Positions 1-9,222 of a DNA stretch of 30,603 nt are shown here, piece by piece. Numbering within the stretch: position 1 is the first letter of the stretch; the number at the start of each line of letters is the position of its first letter. The notes beneath the pieces are model-generated. The model ran no database searches and was not told where the DNA came from. It saw only the letters and a list, made by a program, of their open reading frames with translations. A program made the translations under genes and the position numbers. The stretch is from Candidatus Omnitrophota bacterium (lineage in GTDB: Bacteria; Ratteibacteria; UBA8468; MWAK01). The DNA is taken from positions 1 to 30,603 of the forward strand of contig JBDRQI010000025.1 in assembly GCA_043826355.1 (NCBI GenBank). Direction: 5' to 3'.

Positions 1-345
1 CGCGAACAACTCTACCCGGTGCTGGATAACGCCCTGGCAGTTATTCTTCCCTCCCGCCTGGATAACCTCCCTAACGCCTGCCTGGAAGCGATGGCGCGCA
101 GGAAGGTGGTGGTCGGCACCCGGGGCGCCAGTTTTGAACAACTGATTGACGATGGCGTAAACGGTCTTTTGTGCGAACCGGGAGACCCGGCCGGCCTGCT
201 GGCGGCGATGGAAAGAGCCCTTGCCCTGACACCGGGAGAGAAAGAGGCCATCGGCGAAAGGGCGTTTCAACGGGTGGGCGCTAACAACCCGGAACAGGTA
301 ACCGCCCAATTGGTGGATTTTTACCAAAAAATTATCCAAAAATAG
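1..345 (+). CDS. GT4 (GT-B) glycosyltransferase, C-terminal part (5' truncated by window)
   Basis: Frame is open from base 1; PSRLDNLPNACLEAMA and DGVNGLLCEPGD are typical Glycos_transf_1 motifs. Confidence 0.85.
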   Translation, partial: REQLYPVLDNALAVILPSRLDNLPNACLEAMARRKVVVGTRGASFEQLIDDGVNGLLCEPGDPAGLLAAMERALALTPGEKEAIGERAFQRVGANNPEQVTAQLVDFYQKIIQK

Positions 346-1443
346 ATGCCCCAACTATTTAAAACCCCAATTCTGTTCCTGGTCTTCAACCGGCCCGATA
401 CCACCCAAAGGGTCTTTGCCGAGATAATGAAGGTAAACCCCGCGCAACTCTTCATCGCCCAGGATGGTCCCAGGAAGAACAAGCCGGGAGAGACGGAAAG
501 GTGCCGGCAGGTCAGGGAGATATTCAGGCAGGCCAACCCGGACTGTGCAGTAAAAACACTCTTCCGGGAGAATAACCTGGGCTGCCGGGAAGCAATCGGT
601 TCCTCGGTAACCTGGTTCTTCCAAAACGTGGAAGAGGGCATCATCCTGGAGGACGACTGTCTGCCGCACCCGGACTTCTTCCGTTTCTGCCGGGAGATGC
701 TGGAAAGGTACCGGGATAATGAGGAGATAATGCACATCAGCGGCGACAACTTTAACTTTGGGCAAAAGGCGGGTGAAAACAGTTACTATTTCTCAAAGTT
801 CATACACATCTGGGGCTGGGCAACCTGGCAACGGGCCTGGCGCCATTACGACCCGGAGATGAATTGTTTTCCGGAGTTTGTGAGAAAAAACCGGATGGCC
901 GACACGTTGCGTCGGAAAAGATTACGAAAGACCTGGACGAATACCCTTGAGGAAACCCGCTTGGGTAAAATTGATTTCTGGTCTTACCGCTGGGTTTACG
1001 CCGTCTGGAACCAGAACGGGCTGGCCGTCACACCCAACGTAAACCTTGTCTCCAACATCGGTTTCGGAAAAGAAGCTGCGCACACCACAAACCGCGGGGA
1101 TAAACTGGCCAACATGAAAAGTTACCCCATCAGCCCGATAACCCACCCGTCTTTTACCCATCGGGCGAAAGAAGATGAAGAATTATATCGTAAAAACCGG
1201 ATGCTTTCACTGGCAGAAAGAGTCAAAAACAAGAGAAAAATCCAAACGACAAAGGTTGCCCTTACTATTCCGGAAACGATTTTTAAACTGTTTCTATCCG
1301 GTGTCAATTCTAAACTTACCAGTCACAGCGCTTATATTTATAAGGCAAGAATTAAATATTTTTTTTGCCTGTTGGTCTATAAGACGCTGGGAAGAAAGAA
1401 CGCTGTCAAACTGGCGGAAATTTTGGAGCCGGATGAAGAATGA
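346..1443 (+). CDS. GT-A fold nucleotide-diphospho-sugar transferase
   Basis: PILFLVFNRPD, DGPR, NLGC, IILEDDCLP and IWGWATW motifs; starts directly after the upstream stop. Confidence 0.85.
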   Translation: MPQLFKTPILFLVFNRPDTTQRVFAEIMKVNPAQLFIAQDGPRKNKPGETERCRQVREIFRQANPDCAVKTLFRENNLGCREAIGSSVTWFFQNVEEGIILEDDCLPHPDFFRFCREMLERYRDNEEIMHISGDNFNFGQKAGENSYYFSKFIHIWGWATWQRAWRHYDPEMNCFPEFVRKNRMADTLRRKRLRKTWTNTLEETRLGKIDFWSYRWVYAVWNQNGLAVTPNVNLVSNIGFGKEAAHTTNRGDKLANMKSYPISPITHPSFTHRAKEDEELYRKNRMLSLAERVKNKRKIQTTKVALTIPETIFKLFLSGVNSKLTSHSAYIYKARIKYFFCLLVYKTLGRKNAVKLAEILEPDEE

Positions 1444-2192
1444 ACAATATCTACCGATGTGAAGAACCGGAATTCTACGGAAAAAAGTATAATCCGCGTG
1501 GTGATACCTGGCAGGAAATTGACCGGTTAAGGCGCACGATAGGCAGCCGCAGGCAAAAACTTGTCTCTGTTTCCAAAAACGGTTTTGCCGAAGACAAAAA
1601 ACTTTTCGGCGGCACGGACTTTTACCTGCTAAAGCATGCGGTTTCCGGGGAACTTGCTTTTTCCAAAAAGATTAATTCCGGGCCGCAAAAGCAGATGCGG
1701 GAATTTCATATCTGCGAAAATGTTTCCCACCAGCACATAATAAAATTGCTGGAGGTCAACAAAAAATACGGTCTGGTCTTTCCGTATCTGCCCTGGACTC
1801 CCCTGGAAAGGATAGATTTCGACCCGGTAAAAAACGCCCGCGAGTTCAAACTGGAAGTAGAAAAATTCTTTGAATTCGCAGAAAGAACACAGATTGAAAC
1901 CGGGATGCTTGATTTTGAGCCGGGCGCGGGCGGTCAAAAAAGGATGCTGTGCGAACTGGTGGACATCCACCCGAATAACTTTCTGGTTCTGATTGAAGAC
2001 AACCTGGTGAAAAACTGGGTTGTGATAGATACGGAATATTGTTCAAATGATAATAGGGTGCGCAACGAAAAACATAAAAAGAGGATCATGGAACGGGTTA
2101 ATCCAGACAGGAGATTACAAATATTCCGAAATTGGTTTAAGAAAATTACTTGGATAATAAATAACTGTGTTCTTAATTTAATCAAAAAATGA
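1440..2192 (+). CDS. Protein-kinase-like fold protein (possible sugar/LPS kinase)
   Basis: Catalytic-loop-like DIHPNNFL followed by VIDTE; HQHIIKLLEV resembles the kinase alphaC-beta4 region; ATGA overlaps with both neighbours. Confidence 0.6.
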   Translation: MNNIYRCEEPEFYGKKYNPRGDTWQEIDRLRRTIGSRRQKLVSVSKNGFAEDKKLFGGTDFYLLKHAVSGELAFSKKINSGPQKQMREFHICENVSHQHIIKLLEVNKKYGLVFPYLPWTPLERIDFDPVKNAREFKLEVEKFFEFAERTQIETGMLDFEPGAGGQKRMLCELVDIHPNNFLVLIEDNLVKNWVVIDTEYCSNDNRVRNEKHKKRIMERVNPDRRLQIFRNWFKKITWIINNCVLNLIKK

Positions 2193-2971
2193 AAAACAAA
2201 GGTATTGTTTGGGAGATTAATAACCAAATCTTCTCTTTTTGTAAACGTTATGTTAATCGATATAATAATGAGAATAATGACAATATTCACAACAATGGTG
2301 AACTGAGATTAATGCGTTTACTTTTACCACATTGCAAGGTAGTGTTTGATATCGGAGCGAATCTTGGAGACTGGACTGTTTTAGCCTTAAAAATCAACCC
2401 GAGATTAAAAATTCACTGCTTTGAACCGAGCGTAACGACCTTCCAGTATCTTAGAACACGCAACTTTAACGGAAAAGTTATCTTGAATAATTTCGGATTG
2501 AGCTCAATGACTAGAAATTTGCCTTTATATGTATTTAAGGATGGCGCTGGTTTAAACTCATTGTATATGCGTCATGGGTTAGACTATAAAAATAGTCGCT
2601 ACATCCAAACAAAAACCGAACTTATCCGAGTTGAAACTCTGGATGGGTATTGTCAGCGAACAAATATTTCATCTATAGATTTCCTAAAAGTGGATGTTGA
2701 AGGTCACGAATTAGAAGTTTTTAAAGGCGCGTCGGTAATGTTGTCTCAGGGTAAAATTAAACAAATCCAGTTTGAATATGGCGGTTGCAATATCGACGCC
2801 GGTGTCTTGTTGAAAGACTTATTTGAGTTTTTCGTGCCTTATCAATATGATTTCTATAAAATTTATCAAAAAAACTTGCAACACATATTACGCTATGACC
2901 AACGGCTTGAGAATTATCAATACAAAAATTTCTTACTGATTCATAAAAATTGCAATAAACCTACTATTTAA
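2189..2971 (+). CDS. FkbM-family SAM-dependent methyltransferase
   Basis: VFDIGANLG, CFEP, IDFLKVDVEGHELEVFKGA and IQFEY motifs. Confidence 0.92.
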   Translation: MKNKGIVWEINNQIFSFCKRYVNRYNNENNDNIHNNGELRLMRLLLPHCKVVFDIGANLGDWTVLALKINPRLKIHCFEPSVTTFQYLRTRNFNGKVILNNFGLSSMTRNLPLYVFKDGAGLNSLYMRHGLDYKNSRYIQTKTELIRVETLDGYCQRTNISSIDFLKVDVEGHELEVFKGASVMLSQGKIKQIQFEYGGCNIDAGVLLKDLFEFFVPYQYDFYKIYQKNLQHILRYDQRLENYQYKNFLLIHKNCNKPTI

Positions 2972-2973
2972 AT

Positions 2974-4992
2974 ATGGAGATTTTCGGTTCTTTCTATAAA
3001 CTTGGAAAATTCAGGTTGTATTACCAGATGACCGACATCAGCGGGAAAGAGACCGGGCTATTCCGGCAAGTTATCCGCATCAGCAAGCGGAATATACTTT
3101 TCTGGTTCAAGCGGCTTAAGGGCCGGTCCGACGTAAACCTGAAAAAGGTTGTTCCGAGCAGCATAAAACTGGACGTGCTTATCCCGGTCGTGGAAAAAGA
3201 CCTGGATGTCCTTCCTTACGCGATAGACGGCGCCCGGAAGAATATCAAACACCCGCTGGGCGAAATCATAATCGTCGCCCCGGATTCCGGAAAGATTAAA
3301 ACGCTGTGCGAAATGAAGGGATGCCGGTTCGTAAATGAAGATACCGTCCTGCCGATAACCAAATCGGACGTTAAGTTTGAGCGCAAAGGAATAAATCTGT
3401 CGGGATGGCTTTTCCAGCAACTGCTGAAATTGTCCGGGGACACCATCTGCTCTCAAAAGTATTATCTTGTCCTTGATGCGGATACGGTCCTATTAAGGCC
3501 ACAGGTATTCCTTCACTCCGGAAAGACGCTCTTCAACTATTCCGACGAATACCGTAAAGATTATTTTGTAACTTACGAAAACCTGTTAGGCGAAAAACCG
3601 GTTTCGGCGGTATCGTTCATAAGCCATTACATGCTCTTTGAAAAAGAGAAGGTGCAAAAGTTGAAAGAGGCGATTGAAACGCGAAGCGGAATGAAATGGT
3701 ATGACGCCGTCATCAGGGAAGCCGGCGCCGGAGATGCCAGTTTTTCCGAGTATGAAACCTACGCAAACTTCGCGCTCTCCCGGTTTCCCGGGGAAGCAAC
3801 CGTAAACTACTGGTTCAACTTCAGTTTGTTCAGGGAGGCCCTGCCGGAGATGGAAAGGGTTATCCAAACCCTGTCCCGGAGATACAAATCGGCCTCGTTC
3901 CATTCTTCCAATTCTAAAAATTGCTTCAAGGGAATTTATCCGGAAGAATGCCGGCCGAGGATAGAGGCGCGGATGAAGGACCGCCGAGAAAAGGGAGAAA
4001 TACCCGCAACCCTGCCGGAACGGCCCAAGGTATTCATCGCGGTCAGGCAGGTCAACTGGGAAAAGACCGGCCTGGTGGATTCCTGGCGGGAGTTGGCCGA
4101 CGTTGTTCACTATGACTGGAATGAACAATACGGCCGGTATAATAACCGGGACTGGCAAAGAACCGGGAAATATCTTTTTAACGAAGAGCTGATAGAGAGA
4201 GTCAAAAAAGAGCACGCAAAGAAACCGATAGACATCTTCTTTTCATACCTCTCCGGAAGGACGGCTTTCTTTCGAACTGTCAAAAAGATTTCTGATATGG
4301 GCATCATCGCCGTCAATATCGGTTTTGACGATACACTCTCTTTTCAGGGAAAGAAAAAAAATACCGGGTGGACCGGAAACACTGAGATAGCGCTGTCCTT
4401 TGACGCCTGCATCACCTGTCAGAATAGAAGCGACATCGTGAGGTACCTCAAAATAGGGGCCAACCCCATCTTCTTTCCGCCCGGGGGCAACCACCGGTTC
4501 TGGGCGTCAAGGCCGCCTGCTCCGGAACGAAAGATACCGGTCAGTTTTATCGGCCAGAACTACGGACGGAGGGAGAGGGTTGTAAACCGGTTAAGGAAGG
4601 CGGGGATACAGGTGGCAACCTACGGAAAGGGATGGCCGGAAGGCGGGATATCGCAGGAAAAGATGCGGGAGGTTTATAATAATTCCCTGGTAACCCTTGG
4701 TTTTGGCTACATAGGCAAGACTAACCTCGTTGGACTTAAGGGACGTGATTTTGAGGTTCCGCTTACCGGAACGGCCTACCTGACCACCTGCCACGAGGAG
4801 CTGGCGCGTTGTTTTGAACCGGACAGGGAAATGTTCTTTTACAGCAATGAGGAAGAACTAATCCGAAAGGTAAAATATTGCCTGGACAACCCGGAAATGA
4901 CGAAAGAGGTCGGGCTGGCCGGCAGAAAGAAGGCCCTGGCCGAGCAGACCTGGGAAAAGCGCTGGCAGGAGGTTCTGGAGATGTGCCGGTGA
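2974..4992 (+). CDS. Two-domain glycosyltransferase: N-terminal GT-A-like (DUF6492-like) domain plus C-terminal CgeB/Glyco_trans_1_2-like domain
   Basis: N-terminal WLFQQLLKL, LVLDADTV, FSEYETYANF; C-terminal VSFIGQNYG, KGRDFEVP, QTWEKRW; true start may be the ATG at 3028. Confidence 0.75.
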   Translation: MEIFGSFYKLGKFRLYYQMTDISGKETGLFRQVIRISKRNILFWFKRLKGRSDVNLKKVVPSSIKLDVLIPVVEKDLDVLPYAIDGARKNIKHPLGEIIIVAPDSGKIKTLCEMKGCRFVNEDTVLPITKSDVKFERKGINLSGWLFQQLLKLSGDTICSQKYYLVLDADTVLLRPQVFLHSGKTLFNYSDEYRKDYFVTYENLLGEKPVSAVSFISHYMLFEKEKVQKLKEAIETRSGMKWYDAVIREAGAGDASFSEYETYANFALSRFPGEATVNYWFNFSLFREALPEMERVIQTLSRRYKSASFHSSNSKNCFKGIYPEECRPRIEARMKDRREKGEIPATLPERPKVFIAVRQVNWEKTGLVDSWRELADVVHYDWNEQYGRYNNRDWQRTGKYLFNEELIERVKKEHAKKPIDIFFSYLSGRTAFFRTVKKISDMGIIAVNIGFDDTLSFQGKKKNTGWTGNTEIALSFDACITCQNRSDIVRYLKIGANPIFFPPGGNHRFWASRPPAPERKIPVSFIGQNYGRRERVVNRLRKAGIQVATYGKGWPEGGISQEKMREVYNNSLVTLGFGYIGKTNLVGLKGRDFEVPLTGTAYLTTCHEELARCFEPDREMFFYSNEEELIRKVKYCLDNPEMTKEVGLAGRKKALAEQTWEKRWQEVLEMCR

Positions 4993-6011
4993 AGATATTT
5001 TACGTCAGCGTAATTGAAAAACACGCGGGCTGGGGGCACGAATACTTTATCAACAAAGCCCTCATCGCCCCGGGACACGAAACTCACTGCCTGGACTACC
5101 GAAAAGACAGGAGCCGTCTTTACCGCTGCTTTATCAACACGCCGGAATGCGACGCCTTCCTCCTGCAGCGGGGCGATTACTTTCCGCTCCCGCTGATAAG
5201 GGCGGTCAGGCCGCCGCGCTTCTTCCTGACCACCGAACTGGTAAGCCGGCGCCAAGACCAGGAACGGCTATTAAGGTCCGGGCTATTCGACCATGTCTTT
5301 CTCCATACCAGGGCTTGCGTGGATGCGGTGATTTCCAGGAAATGGCTGAAACCCGAACAGTGCTCCCTGCTCCTGCTTGCCTTTGACGAAGGCCTGCACC
5401 GGAAGATTCCGGGCACGGTTAAAGACATAGACCTGCTCTTTGTGGGCTGGCTGAGCAAGCGCCGGCGAACCATCCTGGAGAAAATATCTTCACGATTTAA
5501 CTGTTTGTCTGCCGCGGCCTACGGGGAAGCCCTGGTCCGGCTCGCCAACCGGGCCAAGATTGTGCTCAATATCCACGCCGAAGATTTCCCGGACACGGAA
5601 ACAAGGGTCTTTGAAACCCTGGGGTGCGGCTCTTTCCTGCTTAGTGAATACCTCTCTTCGGAAAACCCGTTTTCGGAGCGTGAACTGGTCCAATTCAAAG
5701 ATACCGAAGACCTGATGAAGAAAGCCCGCTATTTTCTTGACCATGAGGAAGAGAGAGAGGCCATCGCGGCGCGGGGGCATGCCGCCGCTTTGCAAAACCA
5801 CACCTATACCCATCGCGCCCGGCAGATTATAGAGACAGTTTCCCATTGCTTGGACAGCGGAAACAGGGAAAAGGGTAGATTTATCAGGCGCGGCTGGGAC
5901 CTTCGGGTGTATGCCCTGACAAAACCGTTTCTTATAGTCCATTACTTATACGCTAAAAAAATATTGCCTTACCTGCCAAAAATACGCCTCCAGAAAGGAG
6001 GAAACAGATAA
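4989..6011 (+). CDS. CgeB/Glyco_trans_1_2-like glycosyltransferase (paralog 1)
   Basis: GTG at 4989 overlaps the upstream TGA and aligns with the start of the paralog at 8203; DIDLLFVG, AKIVLNIH, RVFETLGCG, HTYTHRA. Confidence 0.85.
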   Translation: MKIFYVSVIEKHAGWGHEYFINKALIAPGHETHCLDYRKDRSRLYRCFINTPECDAFLLQRGDYFPLPLIRAVRPPRFFLTTELVSRRQDQERLLRSGLFDHVFLHTRACVDAVISRKWLKPEQCSLLLLAFDEGLHRKIPGTVKDIDLLFVGWLSKRRRTILEKISSRFNCLSAAAYGEALVRLANRAKIVLNIHAEDFPDTETRVFETLGCGSFLLSEYLSSENPFSERELVQFKDTEDLMKKARYFLDHEEEREAIAARGHAAALQNHTYTHRARQIIETVSHCLDSGNREKGRFIRRGWDLRVYALTKPFLIVHYLYAKKILPYLPKIRLQKGGNR

Positions 6012-6015
6012 GCGT

Positions 6016-7170
6016 ATGAAAGTTCTGTTTATTGCCGGTTGGTATCCGGATGAAAAAAATGTGGTGGAAGGCGTCTTTGTACAGGAACACGCCCGGGCGG
6101 CGGCGCTTTTCAATGAAATTGCGGTTATTCACGGCCGAGAGTCTAAAACACAGAAAGAATCCTACCGTTTTTCAGAACAAAAAGAAAATGGGTTTCCGGT
6201 TATCCGGTTTACCTATCGGCGTCATTTCTTTCAACGCTCTTCTTCCTTTTATGTCCGAGGAATTTTAATTGCTTTTGAAAAACTTAAAGAACGGGGATTT
6301 ATCCCTCAGGTTGTTCATGCTAATGTCTTCCATACCGCCCGAGCCGCGACAATCATTAAAAAAACTTACGGAATCCCTTTTGTTTTGACGGAACACAAGA
6401 GCCGATTTCTCTTTCCTTCTTTTCTGAAAGGCAGACTCAAAAGAGTTCGCTGGATACCGGAAGCGACAATGATTATGCCGGTAAGTCAAACACTGTTGGA
6501 GGGAATGAAATCTCATGGAATCAGGGGAAGTTTTTCCGTAGTGCCGAACACTATTGATACAGATATTTTTTATCCTCCCATAAATAAAAAATGTGATAAA
6601 AACCTTAAAAAGATGCTCGCTGTTGCCAGGATTACGCCGGTAAAAGGAATTGGAGACTTGTTGCAGGCATTGAAAGAGTTGAAAAAAAAGAGGGATGATT
6701 TTTCCCTGGATATAATCGGCGCCGGAAAAGCAAAACGGAACTATGAAAAAATGGTGGATAAATCGGGGCTTTCACAAAACGTCCGTTTTTTAGGTGTAAA
6801 AAACAAAAAAGAGGTTGCTTCATTGATGCGACAATCCGACTTTTTTGTTTTACCGACATTTCACCGCGAAACTTTTTGTTGTGTCTTTGCCGAAGCAATG
6901 GCTTGCGGCCTGCCTATTATCGGCACCACAGCCTGGGCGGTGCCGGAATTTTTCGGTAACCCTGAATTCGGAATTCTCGTTCCGCCGGGAGATATAACCC
7001 GCCTTGTCCGTGCCATAGAGCATATGCTGGATAACTGTCAAGAATACGATTCGGCGAAGATTGCGGAATATTCCCGGGAGCGCTTCAGCTATAATGCAAT
7101 CGGAAAAAAATTTTCCGAAATATACCAGAAGGAGTTTGTGCCGTCTCCGCAAAAGAAAGGTCTGTTTTAA
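6016..7170 (+). CDS. GT4 glycosyltransferase
   Basis: MKVLFIAGWYP, VLTEH, ETFCCVFAEAMACGLP; AGGAGG upstream; paralog of 10392..11549. Confidence 0.9.
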   Translation: MKVLFIAGWYPDEKNVVEGVFVQEHARAAALFNEIAVIHGRESKTQKESYRFSEQKENGFPVIRFTYRRHFFQRSSSFYVRGILIAFEKLKERGFIPQVVHANVFHTARAATIIKKTYGIPFVLTEHKSRFLFPSFLKGRLKRVRWIPEATMIMPVSQTLLEGMKSHGIRGSFSVVPNTIDTDIFYPPINKKCDKNLKKMLAVARITPVKGIGDLLQALKELKKKRDDFSLDIIGAGKAKRNYEKMVDKSGLSQNVRFLGVKNKKEVASLMRQSDFFVLPTFHRETFCCVFAEAMACGLPIIGTTAWAVPEFFGNPEFGILVPPGDITRLVRAIEHMLDNCQEYDSAKIAEYSRERFSYNAIGKKFSEIYQKEFVPSPQKKGLF

Positions 7171-7184
7171 AACAAAAAATATTC

Positions 7185-8231
7185 ATGGATTTTTTTAACC
7201 TTACGGACAGGACCGACCGGAAGATTGACATCAGCATTATCATCTGCGTCTATAACGGCGGAGAGTTTTTTAAAAAAAATATTGAAAGCGCCGGACGGCT
7301 GAAGATTCCGGACAAGACCGGGGTTGAATTCTTGTTTGTTGACAACAACTCCACCGACGGAAGCGGAGAGATAATCAAGGAATACGCCCGGAAATCCCCG
7401 GGTAAGTTCCGCTACCTCTTTGAACCTACACCCGGCAAATCCTATGCACTCAACCTGGCTATCAGGGAAGCCGGGGGAGAAATACTGGCTTTCACCGACG
7501 CGGATACCATCCTCCCGGAGGACTGGCTTCTGCGCATCAAAGATGGGTTTGAAAAGCACGACTGCGTCGCCCTGGGCGGAAAGATTTTACCGGCATGGGA
7601 GACAAGACCGCCGGCGTGGCTGGTAAAAGACATAAAATCCGGAAAGGGTTCCTTTGGTCTTAACTTAAATGAAGAGGCGGGTCATTACTCTGACGGCGTT
7701 CCCTCGGGCGCCAACAATGCGGTTAAAAAAGAGGTGTTTCTCAAATACGGCTGTTTCCGAACCGACCTGGGACCCAGGGCAGAACTTTACATTGCCGGTG
7801 AAGATACGGAATTTTTCCGGCGCATCATACTCGGTAAAGAAAAAATTTTTTACTATCCTCCGATGACGGTCTACCACCAGATTCCAAGCAGCCGTTTTGA
7901 CAAACGGCCCCACGTCCAGAATAACTTCCTTTCCGTTTTACGCGGGCTTCGCAGCGGAACGAAGACTGCGGATACTTTTAAAACCTTGCTGGCCTTTCCG
8001 GAAATCATATTTAAACTGGTCCTGTCCGGCCTTGGCCCAAGCAGAATTGTATCTTTAAGCGCGGCGCGCTACCGGGGACGTTTGTACAAATTATCGTCGA
8101 TCCTGAGCTACAAATTATTCGGGGAAAAGAAAACCATCCGGCTGGCCAGAATCTTGCGAATAATAAACCGGGAGCAGGAAAAGGAATTAATAAAACCATC
8201 TTATGAAGATATTGTACGCCAACGTAATTGA
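7185..8231 (+). CDS. GT2 glycosyltransferase
   Basis: ISIIICVYN, VDNNSTDGS, GKSYALN, AFTDAD and GED motifs. Confidence 0.92.
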   Translation: MDFFNLTDRTDRKIDISIIICVYNGGEFFKKNIESAGRLKIPDKTGVEFLFVDNNSTDGSGEIIKEYARKSPGKFRYLFEPTPGKSYALNLAIREAGGEILAFTDADTILPEDWLLRIKDGFEKHDCVALGGKILPAWETRPPAWLVKDIKSGKGSFGLNLNEEAGHYSDGVPSGANNAVKKEVFLKYGCFRTDLGPRAELYIAGEDTEFFRRIILGKEKIFYYPPMTVYHQIPSSRFDKRPHVQNNFLSVLRGLRSGTKTADTFKTLLAFPEIIFKLVLSGLGPSRIVSLSAARYRGRLYKLSSILSYKLFGEKKTIRLARILRIINREQEKELIKPSYEDIVRQRN

Positions 8232-9222
8232 AAAGAACGCCGGCTGGAGTTCGGAATATTTTATCAACAAAGCGCTTCTGGCGCTCGGGCACGAAACTTA
8301 CTGCGTGGACTACCGGAAAGACCGGCGCCGGCTTTATCAGCGCTTCATCACTGCTCCGGATTGCGACGCTTTTCTGCTCCAGCGGGGCGACTATTTCCCT
8401 ATTCCCCTGATAAAATCTTTCCGGATACCGCGGTTCTTCTGGGCCACCGAACTGGTAAGCCGATGCCGGGACCAAGACCGCCTCCTGAGGTCCGGACTCT
8501 TTGACCGCGTATTCCTGCGTTCCAAGGACTGCATTAATGCGGTAACTTCCCGCGGCTGGGCGGAGTCCAACAGATGTTCTATCATGACAAACAGCTGCTT
8601 TGATGAAAATTTCCATCGAAAAATACCCGGCGTGGTCAAAGACATAGACCTTCTTTTTGTGGGCCGGATGAGCAGGCGGCGGAAGGCCATCCTGGAAAAG
8701 GTCTCCTCCGGGTTCAAATGTTTGTCTGCCGCGGCCTACGGGGAAGCCCTGGTCCGGTTCGCCAACCGGGCCAAGATTATGCTCAATATCCACGCCGAAG
8801 ATTTCCCGGACACGGAAACAAGGGTCTTTGAAACGCTGGGAAGCGGCTCTTTCCTGCTTACCGAACAACTCTCTTCGGAAAACCCGTTTTCGGAGCGTGA
8901 ACTGGTCCAGTTCAAAGATACCGAAGACCTGATGAAGAAGATTCGCTATTTTCTTGACCACGAAGAAGAGAGAGAGGCCATCGCGGCGCGGGGGCATGCC
9001 GCCGCTTTACAAAACCATACATTTACCCACCGGGCGCAACAAATTGTAGAGACAATCTCCCCTTACCTGGAACAGAAAAAAGGCGAACACGGTGAATTTA
9101 TCAGGCGCGGCAGAGACCTGCGGATGTATGCCCTGTCAGAACCCTTCCTGCCGGTCTATTATTGTATCTTGAAAAAATTTTTTCTCCCTGTCCGGACGAA
9201 ACTCATTAAAAAAAGAAGATGA
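8203..9222 (+). CDS. CgeB/Glyco_trans_1_2-like glycosyltransferase (paralog 2)
   Basis: Aligns end to end with 4989..6011; near-identical DNA in the C-terminal half. Confidence 0.85.
   Translation: MKILYANVIEKNAGWSSEYFINKALLALGHETYCVDYRKDRRRLYQRFITAPDCDAFLLQRGDYFPIPLIKSFRIPRFFWATELVSRCRDQDRLLRSGLFDRVFLRSKDCINAVTSRGWAESNRCSIMTNSCFDENFHRKIPGVVKDIDLLFVGRMSRRRKAILEKVSSGFKCLSAAAYGEALVRFANRAKIMLNIHAEDFPDTETRVFETLGSGSFLLTEQLSSENPFSERELVQFKDTEDLMKKIRYFLDHEEEREAIAARGHAAALQNHTFTHRAQQIVETISPYLEQKKGEHGEFIRRGRDLRMYALSEPFLPVYYCILKKFFLPVRTKLIKKRR

Noticed and set aside
4878..4988. N-terminal extension of the 377-aa ORF
   Set aside because: It overlaps the upstream CDS; the paralog alignment supports GTG 4989 as the start.
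8011..8997. Long minus-strand ORFs (328 aa here, and many others)
   Set aside because: They are antisense to well-supported + strand genes and have no motifs; similarity with 5490..5942 only reflects the paralogy.
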